In this document: one piece after another, positions 51,925 through 61,114 of the stretch
How the letters are laid out: every line of letters begins with the position of its first letter
Numbering within the stretch: position 1 is the first letter of the stretch
Origin: an uncultured delta proteobacterium
GTDB lineage: Bacteria; Desulfobacterota; GWC2-55-46
Direction of reading: 5' to 3'
Assembly: GCA_963727865.1 (NCBI GenBank)
Contig: CAVSHY010000014.1
Span: 38,236 to 102,235, forward strand
DNA: 64,000 nucleotides
Notes under the pieces: generated by a model
Seen by the model: the letters and a program-made list of their open reading frames with translations, nothing else
Database searches by the model: none
What the model was told of the DNA's origin: nothing
Position numbers and translations under genes: made by a program

Positions 51925-52242
51925 TTATTCTTCCGCTCCGTCGTCTCCGGCGTCCTTCTTTTCTTTCCCGCTCCTTTTCTCCTTCCAGTCCTTTTTCATC
52001 CCCTCGCGCTCTTCCTTGAACTTCTCCCTGCATTTTTGCAGATCTTCCTTGTCCCTGGCTCCTGAGACGCAGTTCTTAAGGTCCTGGAGCACGCCTATGC
52101 GCCTGTCGATCCATTTAATAGACGCGTCTTTCTTCTGCTCGAAGGTCATCCCCTTCTCCCCGCCGGCCGGCTTCTCGGCGAAAACAGGGGCCGCCGCAAT
52201 AAACGCCAGCGCGGATAAAGCTGCAATCGCTTTTAATTTCAT
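51925..52242 (-). CDS. small secreted Lys/Glu-rich protein
   Basis: Signal peptide MKLKAIAALSALAFIAAAPVFA; low-complexity charged tail. Confidence 0.4.
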   Translation of the reverse strand: MKLKAIAALSALAFIAAAPVFAEKPAGGEKGMTFEQKKDASIKWIDRRIGVLQDLKNCVSGARDKEDLQKCREKFKEEREGMKKDWKEKRSGKEKKDAGDDGAEE

Positions 52243-52365
52243 CGTTCGCACCTCCCGATTTTCCCTAATTTTTATCACCGGCCTTAAAGCCTGTCAAGAG
52301 AAGATGCTCTACGGGAGAGATTTTTGAAGAAAATGTAATAAATTCAATATATAGTGTAATTTATT

Positions 52366-52626
52366 TTGTGTAAATTCTTGAAGGGTGAAAAAAGGGGCAC
52401 ACCTCCTATTAAGATATTTGTTACGTTAATCAGGACAACTTGCGTGATCGAGCGGTTGAATAAGGAGTTTAAGCGCAGGACAAACCCGATGGAGATAGTG
52501 GCCGCTCAAAACGCCTGCTACGGTCTGCTCGCATTCATGGCGCTTCAGATGGAGTTAAGCCGGCGGACAACGCCCGTGGATAAGGCGCGCCCCAATTTGC
52601 CCTTTTATGGAATACGCGGAAAATAG
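52366..52626 (+). mobile_element. IS-transposase C-terminal fragment (IS256/mutator-like)
   Basis: IERLNKEFKRRTNPMEIVAAQNACYGLLAF resembles the conserved C-terminal block of IS256-family transposases; no DDE core is present, so this is a remnant. Confidence 0.45.
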
Positions 52627-52807
52627 TTGACACTGCCAATTCAATATGTTAATAAACAGGCACAGCACTTGATTTTTAATTCAGCGGGGACTTCTCATCT
52701 GTAAAGGCGGGGATGCGAGCTATTTTCTTTGTAACAGGACGAGCGTAGCCCGCAGCCAAAAGTTCCACGGCTGTAAAGCCGTGGGTATCTATTATGTAAT
52801 CTTACAA

Positions 52808-54244
52808 ATGTCAGCTAGGGAGTGCCGGAAGGTGCGTTTACGTAGCCGCTCATCCATCATAAAGGGCTTAAGGATAACCCTCTATCTCTTTTCAGCCCTG
52901 TTCTTATTCTGCTTTTATCCCGGGATGAAAGAGGCGGACGCCGGTTCTCTCGTCTCTGTCGCGCCGGAGGGTGCGTCGCCTTATGTGACCGTTGACATTA
53001 CGGGCACCGGGTTTGACCCGGTCGCGTCAAACAACAAGGTCATTTTCACGGACGCGTCGGGGGTCTCCGCGGCAAATACCCCGAGAACCGTTATTTCCAT
53101 AGACCCCGGGTCCAACTTAAGCCGCCTCGCGGTCCCGGTCCCCGGGAGCCTCCCTTACGGGAGGGCCGCCATAAAGGTCATTAACAATACGACAGGGGAG
53201 GGAATTGACGGACTTTCAATCGACGTCGTAGGCATAACGCTTGAGGAGATGACGCCGGCGGCGAAGGGGACGAACCTCGATGTCCGCATCGCGGGGACCC
53301 CGAACTTAAGGTTTGTGGCCGGAGAGACGGTGGCGTCTTTCGGAGAAGGAGTTAAGATAAATTCAGAAACCGTCGAGTCCCCGACGAGCATCGTGGCGAA
53401 TATTACGGTATCCCCCTCAACCGAAGCCGGAACGAGAAGCATCGGAGTGATGACAAAGGACCAGACGGCGGTCCTTCTCTACGGGTTTACCGTCGAGTCC
53501 AGGGGTCTGCCCGCTTTCGCGACCGCGAGCGCCCCGCTGGAAGTAAACCCGGCGGCGGCTCCGGCTCCGCCAATAGAAATGGACCACGGCGCCGGCGTAA
53601 TCGTCAGGGATTACGGAGATACTTTTTTTTACAGCCAGCTCGGCGCAGAGTCCTGCGAGGCGCCCCCGGCCATGACCATGACGGCGTATAACGCCGGAGT
53701 ACCCGCGTCTTACGCTGAGAATAAGACTCTTGGCGCATCCGGGAAGAACCCTCCGGCGCAACCGAAATCCTCGAGTTCCGATGATAAAGAATTTATCGCC
53801 TTCGCGGAACATAACGGCTCCGCGGGGCGGTCAGCCGATGGCTCGGAGGCCGCGCCTCTCGCGTCTGCCGGAGACAGCGGCGCTAAAAATCCTGTTGTTA
53901 AAGACGCCCCTGTAAGTAGCACGCCCGCCCGTCACGCCGCGGCCGCGCCTCTCGCGTCTGCCGGAGACAGCGGCGCGAAAAATCCTGTTGTTAAAGACGC
54001 CCCTGTAAGTAGCACGCCCGCCCGTTACGCCGCGGCCGAACCTGGCATCAGTCCCGTTGGGGCGGCGATCCCCGCTCAGGCGCTTACGACGGCTGTGAAG
54101 AACCCCGGGGGCCTTGTCGAGTCGATCCTTCCATGGTCGCCCTTCGGGCAGGACGGAGAAGGCGGCGTCATGAGAAGAATGTTACTCGCGTTTCTCGCGC
54201 CCTTCATCCTCATCGGATACCTGATATTCATCTTTTGGAGATAA
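52808..54244 (+). CDS. large secreted protein with two IPT/TIG-like repeats, a 30-aa near-perfect tandem duplication and C-terminal hydrophobic anchor
   Basis: Signal peptide; TVDITGTGFDP..NKVIF-type TIG strands; 90-bp units at 53850-53939 and 53940-54029 differ by 2 nt; C-terminus GEGGVMRRMLLAFLAPFILIGYLIFIFWR. Confidence 0.5.
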   Translation: MSARECRKVRLRSRSSIIKGLRITLYLFSALFLFCFYPGMKEADAGSLVSVAPEGASPYVTVDITGTGFDPVASNNKVIFTDASGVSAANTPRTVISIDPGSNLSRLAVPVPGSLPYGRAAIKVINNTTGEGIDGLSIDVVGITLEEMTPAAKGTNLDVRIAGTPNLRFVAGETVASFGEGVKINSETVESPTSIVANITVSPSTEAGTRSIGVMTKDQTAVLLYGFTVESRGLPAFATASAPLEVNPAAAPAPPIEMDHGAGVIVRDYGDTFFYSQLGAESCEAPPAMTMTAYNAGVPASYAENKTLGASGKNPPAQPKSSSSDDKEFIAFAEHNGSAGRSADGSEAAPLASAGDSGAKNPVVKDAPVSSTPARHAAAAPLASAGDSGAKNPVVKDAPVSSTPARYAAAEPGISPVGAAIPAQALTTAVKNPGGLVESILPWSPFGQDGEGGVMRRMLLAFLAPFILIGYLIFIFWR

Positions 54245-54257
54245 ACGCCGGAACAGT

Positions 54258-54620
54258 TCAGCAGGTCGTGTGGATGAGGGCGTTGACCGCGCGGCCTTCC
54301 CTGATTTTTTCGTTATATATTTCCACAGCCTCCCCGGTGAGGGCGGCTATGACGCGGATATTCCTGTTTTTTGACCTTTTCAGGAGGTCTTTGCCGACTT
54401 CGAGCATCCCTTCCTGGCCCGTGCCGACGACGATAATCGCGGGGGCTCCCTTAAACAGCTCCTTTATCTCCCAGTCCCCGATCTTATGGGAAGTGCCGAA
54501 GCGTTCCACAAGCCTCTGATACTCCCTTTCAGTAACGGTCTCCCCGACGATCATGACCTGCTTAAAGCGCTTGCCGGCAACCGTTATTTCTCCGAACCTT
54601 ATCGCGTCTATGTGCGGCAT
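54258..54620 (-). CDS. Mth938-like domain protein
   Basis: 120 aa; AIIVVGTG ... VIAALTGEAV pattern. Confidence 0.45.
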   Translation of the reverse strand: MPHIDAIRFGEITVAGKRFKQVMIVGETVTEREYQRLVERFGTSHKIGDWEIKELFKGAPAIIVVGTGQEGMLEVGKDLLKRSKNRNIRVIAALTGEAVEIYNEKIREGRAVNALIHTTC

Positions 54621-54644
54621 CGCTGCGCCTCCCGTAAGGCCCTG

Positions 54645-55040
54645 TTAAACGACATGATAGACATCCTTCATGAGATTTACGGCTATGGGGATATCCGCCT
54701 CAAGAAGATCGTATTCTTTTAATTCGCCGGGCGTTATCCACCTGATCTCCTCGTGCTCCCTTGCCGAGAACTCCCCGGAAATGTATGAGACCTTGTAGGC
54801 CAGGAGTTCCACTGTCAAATGGTCATAAGAGTGAACGCTCGACGCGATGAAACCATTGACTCGCACCTCCACGCCGAATTCCTCGAGGAATTCCCTTTTC
54901 AGGCACTCTTCGGGCGTTTCACCCGGCTCAAGTTTGCCGCCCGGAAACTCCCACATCCCGCCATGGGGGGCGCCTTTCCCGCGTCTCGCGATAAGTATTC
55001 TGGAATTTTTTTCGAGCACCCCGGCGGCGACTCTTAGCAT
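54645..55040 (-). CDS. NUDIX hydrolase (MutT-like)
   Basis: Nudix box GGKLEPGETPEECLKREFLEEFG. Confidence 0.8.
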   Translation of the reverse strand: MLRVAAGVLEKNSRILIARRGKGAPHGGMWEFPGGKLEPGETPEECLKREFLEEFGVEVRVNGFIASSVHSYDHLTVELLAYKVSYISGEFSAREHEEIRWITPGELKEYDLLEADIPIAVNLMKDVYHVV

Positions 55041-55523
55041 TATTTTACCTTTGATAATTATTATCCCGGATTTCCACTTATAAAGATATCCTTATTTTCC
55101 TGACATGGCAAACGCGGCTGGATTTGATGAAGGATTTGATGAAGGATAGGATGGAGGGGACACGGCATAAAGGCGTTGCGGGCGTTTGAAGATTTTCGTC
55201 CATTCGCGGCTATCATAAAGCTACATCCGGACTATATCGCCCTAATCCCGACTATTGCCTCGGCCTCATATCCGGAAAGTATTTCCCTGACTTCGTCATC
55301 CGATGGAGAAAGATGGATTGAGAGGGGGAGTGAGATTCAATCTGACCGGCGGACGCTTGAGACTCCGTCTATTACTCTTCAAGGGGACGAGAGGCCGCGG
55401 GCGAGGGAGTAGCTGAAGGCATCGAGCTTCTTCTTGCTTTTAAGGGAATCGAAAACGCCACGCATGGCGGAGCGTTCCCCGCGGGATGCTTATCGATCAC
55501 GCGGAAGACTGTACGGGGGAGCC

Positions 55524-56429
55524 TTATTCCTTCTCGAGGGTTATCTCAAGTTCGGTCAGGGCGCCGGCCCTCACGGCGATCTTTTCCTTTGAGTCCTTGT
55601 AGCCCTGCTTTTTTATCGCGACCTCGTATATGCCCGGTTCCATATCGAGCGTTATGGGGGTAAGGCCCCAGTAGACGTCTTTTATATATACCTTTGACCG
55701 CGCCGGTTCGGTCGTTATCGAAAGCCTCCCGGTTGGCGCCTGTTGCGTTTTCTGAGGCTCCGCCACCGGGGAGAGCACGGGCGCGGAGGAGGTCTCGTGG
55801 GTGAAAGGAGCGGGAATACCCTCGTTCATCTCCGCGATGGCGGCCCTTACGGCCTTCGAGAGGGTCTCTGAAATGTAGTTGGACACGGAGCTTCTCGTGT
55901 CGCCCATGATCCCGGCGAACCGGCTCTCTTTCTCGGTAACGGTATCCGACCATACGACCCTCCCCGACTCCCTTTCCGTCAATTTAGCCGAAATGGAGAG
56001 AGCTATCTCATCCCTCGAGACGATATCCAGCCGGAAGTCCCTGACCTCTCCGGTCAGGATGAAATCCGCCCCTGCTGATACCGCGTCCCCTGTCTTTACG
56101 GTAACGCCGGAGTTCGTCAGCTCCTTTATAAAGGCGTTTGTCGTAATGGCGGAGACGTCTTCCGAAAGGGTGAGGCGCGAGCTCCTCAAGTCAAATACCG
56201 GCACATCGATCTTTCCTATCGTGCGGGGTTCCTTGAAAGGGGTTTTGGAGAGGTCCCTCGCGTCAGTAAAGGGCATGACAAGGATAACGGGATTCCCCCT
56301 GATCTTCACCGGGGGTTTGGCCGGCGGGATGTTGTAGGCGACAAGGAGAGGGCTGGCGCATCCCGTAAGGATAAGGAATAGAGAAAGCGCGGCGCAAAAA
56401 TATACGACGTATTTCTTTTTAAGGTCCAT
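55524..56429 (-). CDS. lipoprotein with C-terminal PEGA domain
   Basis: Lipobox LTGC; C-terminal RLSITTEPARSKVYIKD...GIYEVAIKKQGYKD PEGA-type beta-sandwich. Confidence 0.55.
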   Translation of the reverse strand: MDLKKKYVVYFCAALSLFLILTGCASPLLVAYNIPPAKPPVKIRGNPVILVMPFTDARDLSKTPFKEPRTIGKIDVPVFDLRSSRLTLSEDVSAITTNAFIKELTNSGVTVKTGDAVSAGADFILTGEVRDFRLDIVSRDEIALSISAKLTERESGRVVWSDTVTEKESRFAGIMGDTRSSVSNYISETLSKAVRAAIAEMNEGIPAPFTHETSSAPVLSPVAEPQKTQQAPTGRLSITTEPARSKVYIKDVYWGLTPITLDMEPGIYEVAIKKQGYKDSKEKIAVRAGALTELEITLEKE

Positions 56430-56607
56430 TAAAAAATCGGATATAGCATTAATCTCTCCGGGGTCACCATGATTTTTGCCGCTGAGATTGACTTTATTCC
56501 TTTCATCCGGTTATGTCAACAGTTGTTCCGAAGAAAAAAGGAGGTCAATAAGACCCTTTAAAAAGACCCGCCCAGGTGGTATAAATGGTATACGTGTGGT
56601 ATATATA

Positions 56608-57057
56608 ATGACATATTCGAAACAACGGATGCGAATGCGGGGAAGGGTTCTGAAAACAGTTTTTCCGGACATCAAAGGCTTCACGCGGTCTGAAGCGGGG
56701 AGCCTCAAGAGAACGGTTCTCCTCGCCGCCGCCGTCTTGATATTTTCCGGCTGCGGCGCCACTAACCGCGAAGAATTGCAGCGGTGGCTCGATAGCAGGA
56801 TCGGGCAGATGACGTACGACGACGCCCTGGTGAAATGGGGGGCGCCGAAGTCGGTCGCGCAGGGCGATAAGATATTCGTCGTCAGGTGGGAAAAGAAATA
56901 TACCGAGACGATAAGGGAGCCGTACCCGATGCCGTATCCCTACCCCTGGTACCGCCGCCATTTTATCACAAGGCGGATAGTCCACGGCTGGGAGCTTCAG
57001 CTTTATTTTGACAGGACGTCGAGAAAACTTGAAAATTACAGATATACCGAATGGTAA
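56608..57057 (+). CDS. hypothetical lipoprotein
   Basis: Signal peptide with lipobox FSGC; no recognisable domain. Confidence 0.35.
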   Translation: MTYSKQRMRMRGRVLKTVFPDIKGFTRSEAGSLKRTVLLAAAVLIFSGCGATNREELQRWLDSRIGQMTYDDALVKWGAPKSVAQGDKIFVVRWEKKYTETIREPYPMPYPYPWYRRHFITRRIVHGWELQLYFDRTSRKLENYRYTEW

Positions 57058-57359
57058 CGAAAGGGGGGTTTAAATGCCGTACATACCGGATATTTCCCGG
57101 AAAAGAATTGATGACGCGATAATTGGCCTCGAACTCAGCGCCGGGGAGATGGCTTACCTTTTCACAATGGTTGTACTCAGGTTTACCGAAGGTAAGCAAA
57201 ACTACGCCGCTTACGCGGAGGCCCTCGGGGTTCTTGAGACGACGAAGCTCGAGCTCTATCGCCGGCTCGTGGCCTCTTACGAGGACAGAAAGATGGAGGA
57301 GAACGGGGACGTATTCCCGAAATAACCGCGGCTTAATTCCAAAAAAAAGGAGGTAAAGA

Positions 57360-57819
57360 ATGAAGAAGAGGATATTTATAGCGGCCTTCGCCCTTTTGCT
57401 CGCGATGCCGGTCCTGGGGCAGTGCCGGGGACCCGGCGAACGGGGCGGACGCGGCTAAGGGCGAGGAGGCAAAGGCAGGACTGACCCAGGAGGCTACCGA
57501 AGGGTGGGTCACGGTAAAAATAACATACAAGAACCCCGAGGAGTGGAGGCCTGTCTTCGACGTGACCATGGATTCCAGCTACGGTGACCTCGACAATTAC
57601 AGGTGGAACGAGATCGCTATACTCTACGACGACCTCGGGGGGGTCTACCTGCCGGCCGTCCAGTCGTCGGAAGGTTCAGGCCGGCACAGGATAGCCACGA
57701 TTAAATTCCCTGAGGCGAACGCCACATCGGCGAATTCCTTCGAACTTATGATCAAGGGGGTCTCCGACGTGGGCGCGAGGGTTTTTAAATTCGAGACCAG
57801 AAGGGGCGCGGCGAAGTAG
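57360..57819 (+). CDS. secreted hypothetical protein, frameshifted in GGGG run (~57410-57435)
   Basis: Signal peptide MKKRIFIAAFALLLAMPVLG in frame 1, mature domain (..WVTVKITYKNPEEW..) in frame 2, no ATG in frame 2. Confidence 0.5.
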
Positions 57820-58165
57820 CGGAAGGGATTTCAAAGAAGCGCGGAGCTTAAAAATATCGTAAAGGGACAGGGTCTTTATAGACCCCGTCCCTTTCTTTTT
57901 ATTGATTGAAGGACACTCATCCACGCCTCAATTATCCATATCCTGGATTAAAGCCCGATCCGATTAGAGTCTTAAAACGGGCCAGACCTGCCCAGGGCTA
58001 CGCATAAATGTAAGGAGAATGAAAAAAAGTCATAGCCCCTCCGTAAAAAGCGCAAATAAATCAAGTGGTTAATGTCTGGCACGATGATTGCGTTTCACAT
58101 AAACGGGGCCTGGCGTGGGAGGAATAATTTACACACACGGCTCTTTAACAGGAAAGGAGGCGCGA

Positions 58166-58330
58166 ATGAACCAGGAAGTCTGCAAGAAATGTGACGCCAA
58201 TAATTCTTCTGTCTGCGACCATTGCGAGGCGATATACGCTCTTGAGGACGTTCAAACGGACTTCGACCCTGATGAACCCGATCCTAAGACCCGTTGTAAC
58301 GGCTGCGTCTGCGCCGGGGAGAAAAAATGA
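58166..58330 (+). CDS. small Cys-rich protein (7 Cys in 54 aa)
   Basis: Strong RBS AAAGGAGG; CKKC..CDHC ... CNGCVC; ATGA-coupled to a 46-aa amphipathic peptide gene (58327-58467). Confidence 0.45.
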   Translation: MNQEVCKKCDANNSSVCDHCEAIYALEDVQTDFDPDEPDPKTRCNGCVCAGEKK

Positions 58331-58467
58331 AAAAGATGGAAGAAGAGATAGGAATCTTTGCCGAGAGGTTGCAGTCCGCCGATTTTTTTAAAGCCGCGGC
58401 CACCCTCGCGGCGCTTGCGGCGATGACGGTCTACCAGGCAAAGATTATCGCGGCGATATTCATGTAA
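58327..58467 (+). CDS. small hydrophobic/amphipathic peptide, translationally coupled to upstream Cys-rich gene
   Basis: MKKMEEEIGIFAERLQSADFFKAAATLAALAAMTVYQAKIIAAIFM; start overlaps the upstream stop. Confidence 0.35.
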   Translation: MKKMEEEIGIFAERLQSADFFKAAATLAALAAMTVYQAKIIAAIFM

Positions 58468-58510
58468 AGAGGGAAACCGCAGCGGCATAAGTTAACGCGC
58501 GTTAACAGAT

Positions 58511-58640
58511 CGGGCTGTGAAAATGCAACGCGAGACGCCTCTCCTTTTCTGGCGCCCCATAAAGGACTCTGAAAAAACTTACATTTGGAAGATTCCCGGC
58601 AGCTTTTCTGCGGGGAGCTTCAATCTTTTCCCCGATCTGC
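58511..58640 (+). repeat. repeat family A copy
   Basis: Modules A, C and D. Confidence 0.75.
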
Positions 58641-58683
58641 CGGGACGCTTTATCCCTCTTAACCTTAAACGAAGTCGAGCCAT

Positions 58684-60261
58684 ATGGGCCTCTGGAACGC
58701 TTACTTTCTGGCGAAATTCTACTTTTATTACGAAGGATACATCCGTCTCGACGGGTCTTTGAACCTCGTCTTCGCCGCGTTCCTCATATTACCACTGCCG
58801 GGAAAGTTGAGATCAAGCAGGCCCCTCGCGGCCTTGAAATTCCTTCTCGCCGCGGCCTTCGCCGCCGCCCTCCTGTGGCATGACTCGTGGCTCAGGCCCC
58901 CTCTTGAGTCCTTCTCATTTCTTGAAGAAGAGGGTATGCCTTCAAGGCGGTACATCTACAGCTTTCTTCTCGGGTACTTCAATCTCTGGGACATCATTGT
59001 CCTGGCATTCATCCTCGCCGCGTGCGTGGCGGCAAAAAAGTTCAGGGTGCTCATAGGCCCGTTTGTCGTGATCGCGCTCGTCTTCATCATCCCTTTCAAC
59101 CGGGTAGGGCGGGGAGACGGGGGAAAGATGGACAGGGCGCTCGGCGGCTTTTACGCGAACGAGTCGAAAAGGGCCGTGCGCTTCGAGAGTGTTAATAACC
59201 CCGATTTCGACATCGTGATCCTCCATGTCTGTTCGCTCTCGTGGGACGACCTTAAAGAGTCGGGCGCGCGGAATGAATGGGGGGAGAGTTTCTTCAAGAA
59301 GTTCGATTATCTTTTCACGGCGTTCAATTCCGCGACCACCTACAGCGGCCCAGCGGTTATCCGCCTCATGAGGTCGAACTGCGGGCAGGCCCGGCACGGG
59401 GACCTTTATAACGAGGCCCCGTTGGACTGCTACCTCTTCGACAGCCTCGGTAACGCGGGGTTTGACGTCAACTTCGCCCTGAACCATAACGGCGAGTACG
59501 GGGGCTTCGTGAAGGACGCGAGGCGGCTGGGGCACATGAAGTCCCCTCTCATGAGCCAGGAGGGGCTCACCGCCGGGTATAATATGTTCGACGACTCGCC
59601 GGTCTACGGCGATTACCCGGTGCTTGAGAGATGGTGGAAGGAGAGGGTGGCTAAAGCCGCTTCTCCGGGCGTTAAGCCCGCCGTCCTGTATTATAATACC
59701 GTAACGCTCCATGACGGCACGCACAGGGCCGGGGAAAAGAACTGGTGGAACCGGGACAGGCGCGCGCAATACAGAGAACGCCTCGCGGGGCTCCTGAATG
59801 ACATGACAAGGTTTATCGGGCTGCTTGAATCCTCGGGCAGGAACGTCGTGGTCGTTTTTGTCCCTGAGCACGGGTTCGCCCTCAACGGGAGCAGGATCCA
59901 GGCCCCCGGGCTCCGGGATATACCTTTGCCGGAGATAACGCTTGTCCCCGTGGGGGTCAAGTTCATAGGGAAGAAGTATAACGAAGTTCCGCCGGACCGG
60001 AACGGGGGGGGTGGGCAGGGCGGGCGCTCGCAGAAGGTCATCTCCAGGCCCGCGAGTTATTTCGCCCTCTCATTCATGCTCTCCGAGTTCCTCGCCGAAA
60101 GCCCGTTCCAGGCGCGGGCAAAGAGCGAAGACTTCGTAAAAAGCCTGCCTGAGACCGGGTTCGTCTCCGGGACCCAGGGCGTGGAGATAATCAAAGATGG
60201 AAACGCGTACTATTTATATGGTAAAGATAAGACGTGGATAAAACTCCCGGCAAAGGACTGA
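58684..60261 (+). CDS. bcsG: BcsG-family phosphoethanolamine transferase (cellulose biosynthesis protein G homolog), orphan
   Basis: N-terminus WNAYFLAKF..LNLVFAAFLILPLP, ILHVCSLSWDDL (catalytic Ser block), NSATTYSGPAVIRLMRSNCGQ, VPEHGFALNGSRIQAPGLRDIPLPEITLVPVGVKF. All closely parallel E. coli BcsG. No bcsA/bcsB lie in the window. Confidence 0.8.
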   Translation: MGLWNAYFLAKFYFYYEGYIRLDGSLNLVFAAFLILPLPGKLRSSRPLAALKFLLAAAFAAALLWHDSWLRPPLESFSFLEEEGMPSRRYIYSFLLGYFNLWDIIVLAFILAACVAAKKFRVLIGPFVVIALVFIIPFNRVGRGDGGKMDRALGGFYANESKRAVRFESVNNPDFDIVILHVCSLSWDDLKESGARNEWGESFFKKFDYLFTAFNSATTYSGPAVIRLMRSNCGQARHGDLYNEAPLDCYLFDSLGNAGFDVNFALNHNGEYGGFVKDARRLGHMKSPLMSQEGLTAGYNMFDDSPVYGDYPVLERWWKERVAKAASPGVKPAVLYYNTVTLHDGTHRAGEKNWWNRDRRAQYRERLAGLLNDMTRFIGLLESSGRNVVVVFVPEHGFALNGSRIQAPGLRDIPLPEITLVPVGVKFIGKKYNEVPPDRNGGGGQGGRSQKVISRPASYFALSFMLSEFLAESPFQARAKSEDFVKSLPETGFVSGTQGVEIIKDGNAYYLYGKDKTWIKLPAKD

Positions 60262-60265
60262 AACC

Positions 60266-61081
60266 GTGAAGAACGAACCCCTGACAAAAACAAGAATTTC
60301 CGGTCCTGGGAAGCTGACGCTCCTCTTTCTCGCGGCTTTCGCGTTTTCTTTTTTTGACGCGCGCGCGGGAAGCGCCTTTGAACTCGTGGGCCTGCCCGGC
60401 TCCACCTGGGGCACGGTCACGCATGACGCGGACGGCATAAGCGGCGCCGGGACGATGGGCTTTGTGAACCAGGGCATAGACTGGACGAAACTGCCCGGCG
60501 GCGTCACTCTTAATACCTTCGCGGAATACAGGTGGAGGCTCCGCTCAAAGAACAAGGACTTCTACAATACCGAAGGCCCGGCCCTGGGGGTCGAACTCAG
60601 GAAGTCGTATTTCCGGCTCGGCGTCGACTACTACTGGGAACATTTCACGGAGATCAACGCGACCTCGGAAAACAAGGAAGTCTACCTCGCCTGGTATTAC
60701 GACTGGGACCTGGGCAAGTTTTTCGCTTCGCCTTATTTCATGGGGCTTCCGGGCTCGACCTGGGGCATCCTCACCTATGACATGAACGGCATCAACGGCT
60801 CCGGGGCCCTCGGTTACGTCAATCAGGGGATAGACTGGGTAAAGCTCCCCGGGGACGTCGTCTTCAATACATTCGTGGAGTACAGGCTCCGCGCCCGCGA
60901 GAAGAACACCGCCTTCTACGACGCCGAGGGCCCTGCCGCGGGCATAGAGTTCAGGAAATGGTTCCTGAGGGCAGGGGCCGATTATTACTGGGAACGCTTC
61001 ACCGGGCTCCATAAGGACTCGAACCACATGCAGTACTATGTCAGCTGGTATTACTCGTGGGATCTCTTGAGGCTTAAGTGA
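60266..61081 (+). CDS. secreted protein built from two ~130-aa tandem repeats
   Basis: Signal peptide; each half reads GLPGSTWG..GI.G.G..G.VNQGIDW.KLPG.V..NTF.EYR.R.R.KN..FY..EGPA.G.E.RK...R.G.DYYWE.FT; alternating aromatic pattern suggests beta-rich, possibly outer-membrane. Confidence 0.45.
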   Translation: MKNEPLTKTRISGPGKLTLLFLAAFAFSFFDARAGSAFELVGLPGSTWGTVTHDADGISGAGTMGFVNQGIDWTKLPGGVTLNTFAEYRWRLRSKNKDFYNTEGPALGVELRKSYFRLGVDYYWEHFTEINATSENKEVYLAWYYDWDLGKFFASPYFMGLPGSTWGILTYDMNGINGSGALGYVNQGIDWVKLPGDVVFNTFVEYRLRAREKNTAFYDAEGPAAGIEFRKWFLRAGADYYWERFTGLHKDSNHMQYYVSWYYSWDLLRLK

Positions 61082-61114
61082 GGGGAAGAGTTTTTAAGAT
61101 GAGGAAGTAGAAAA

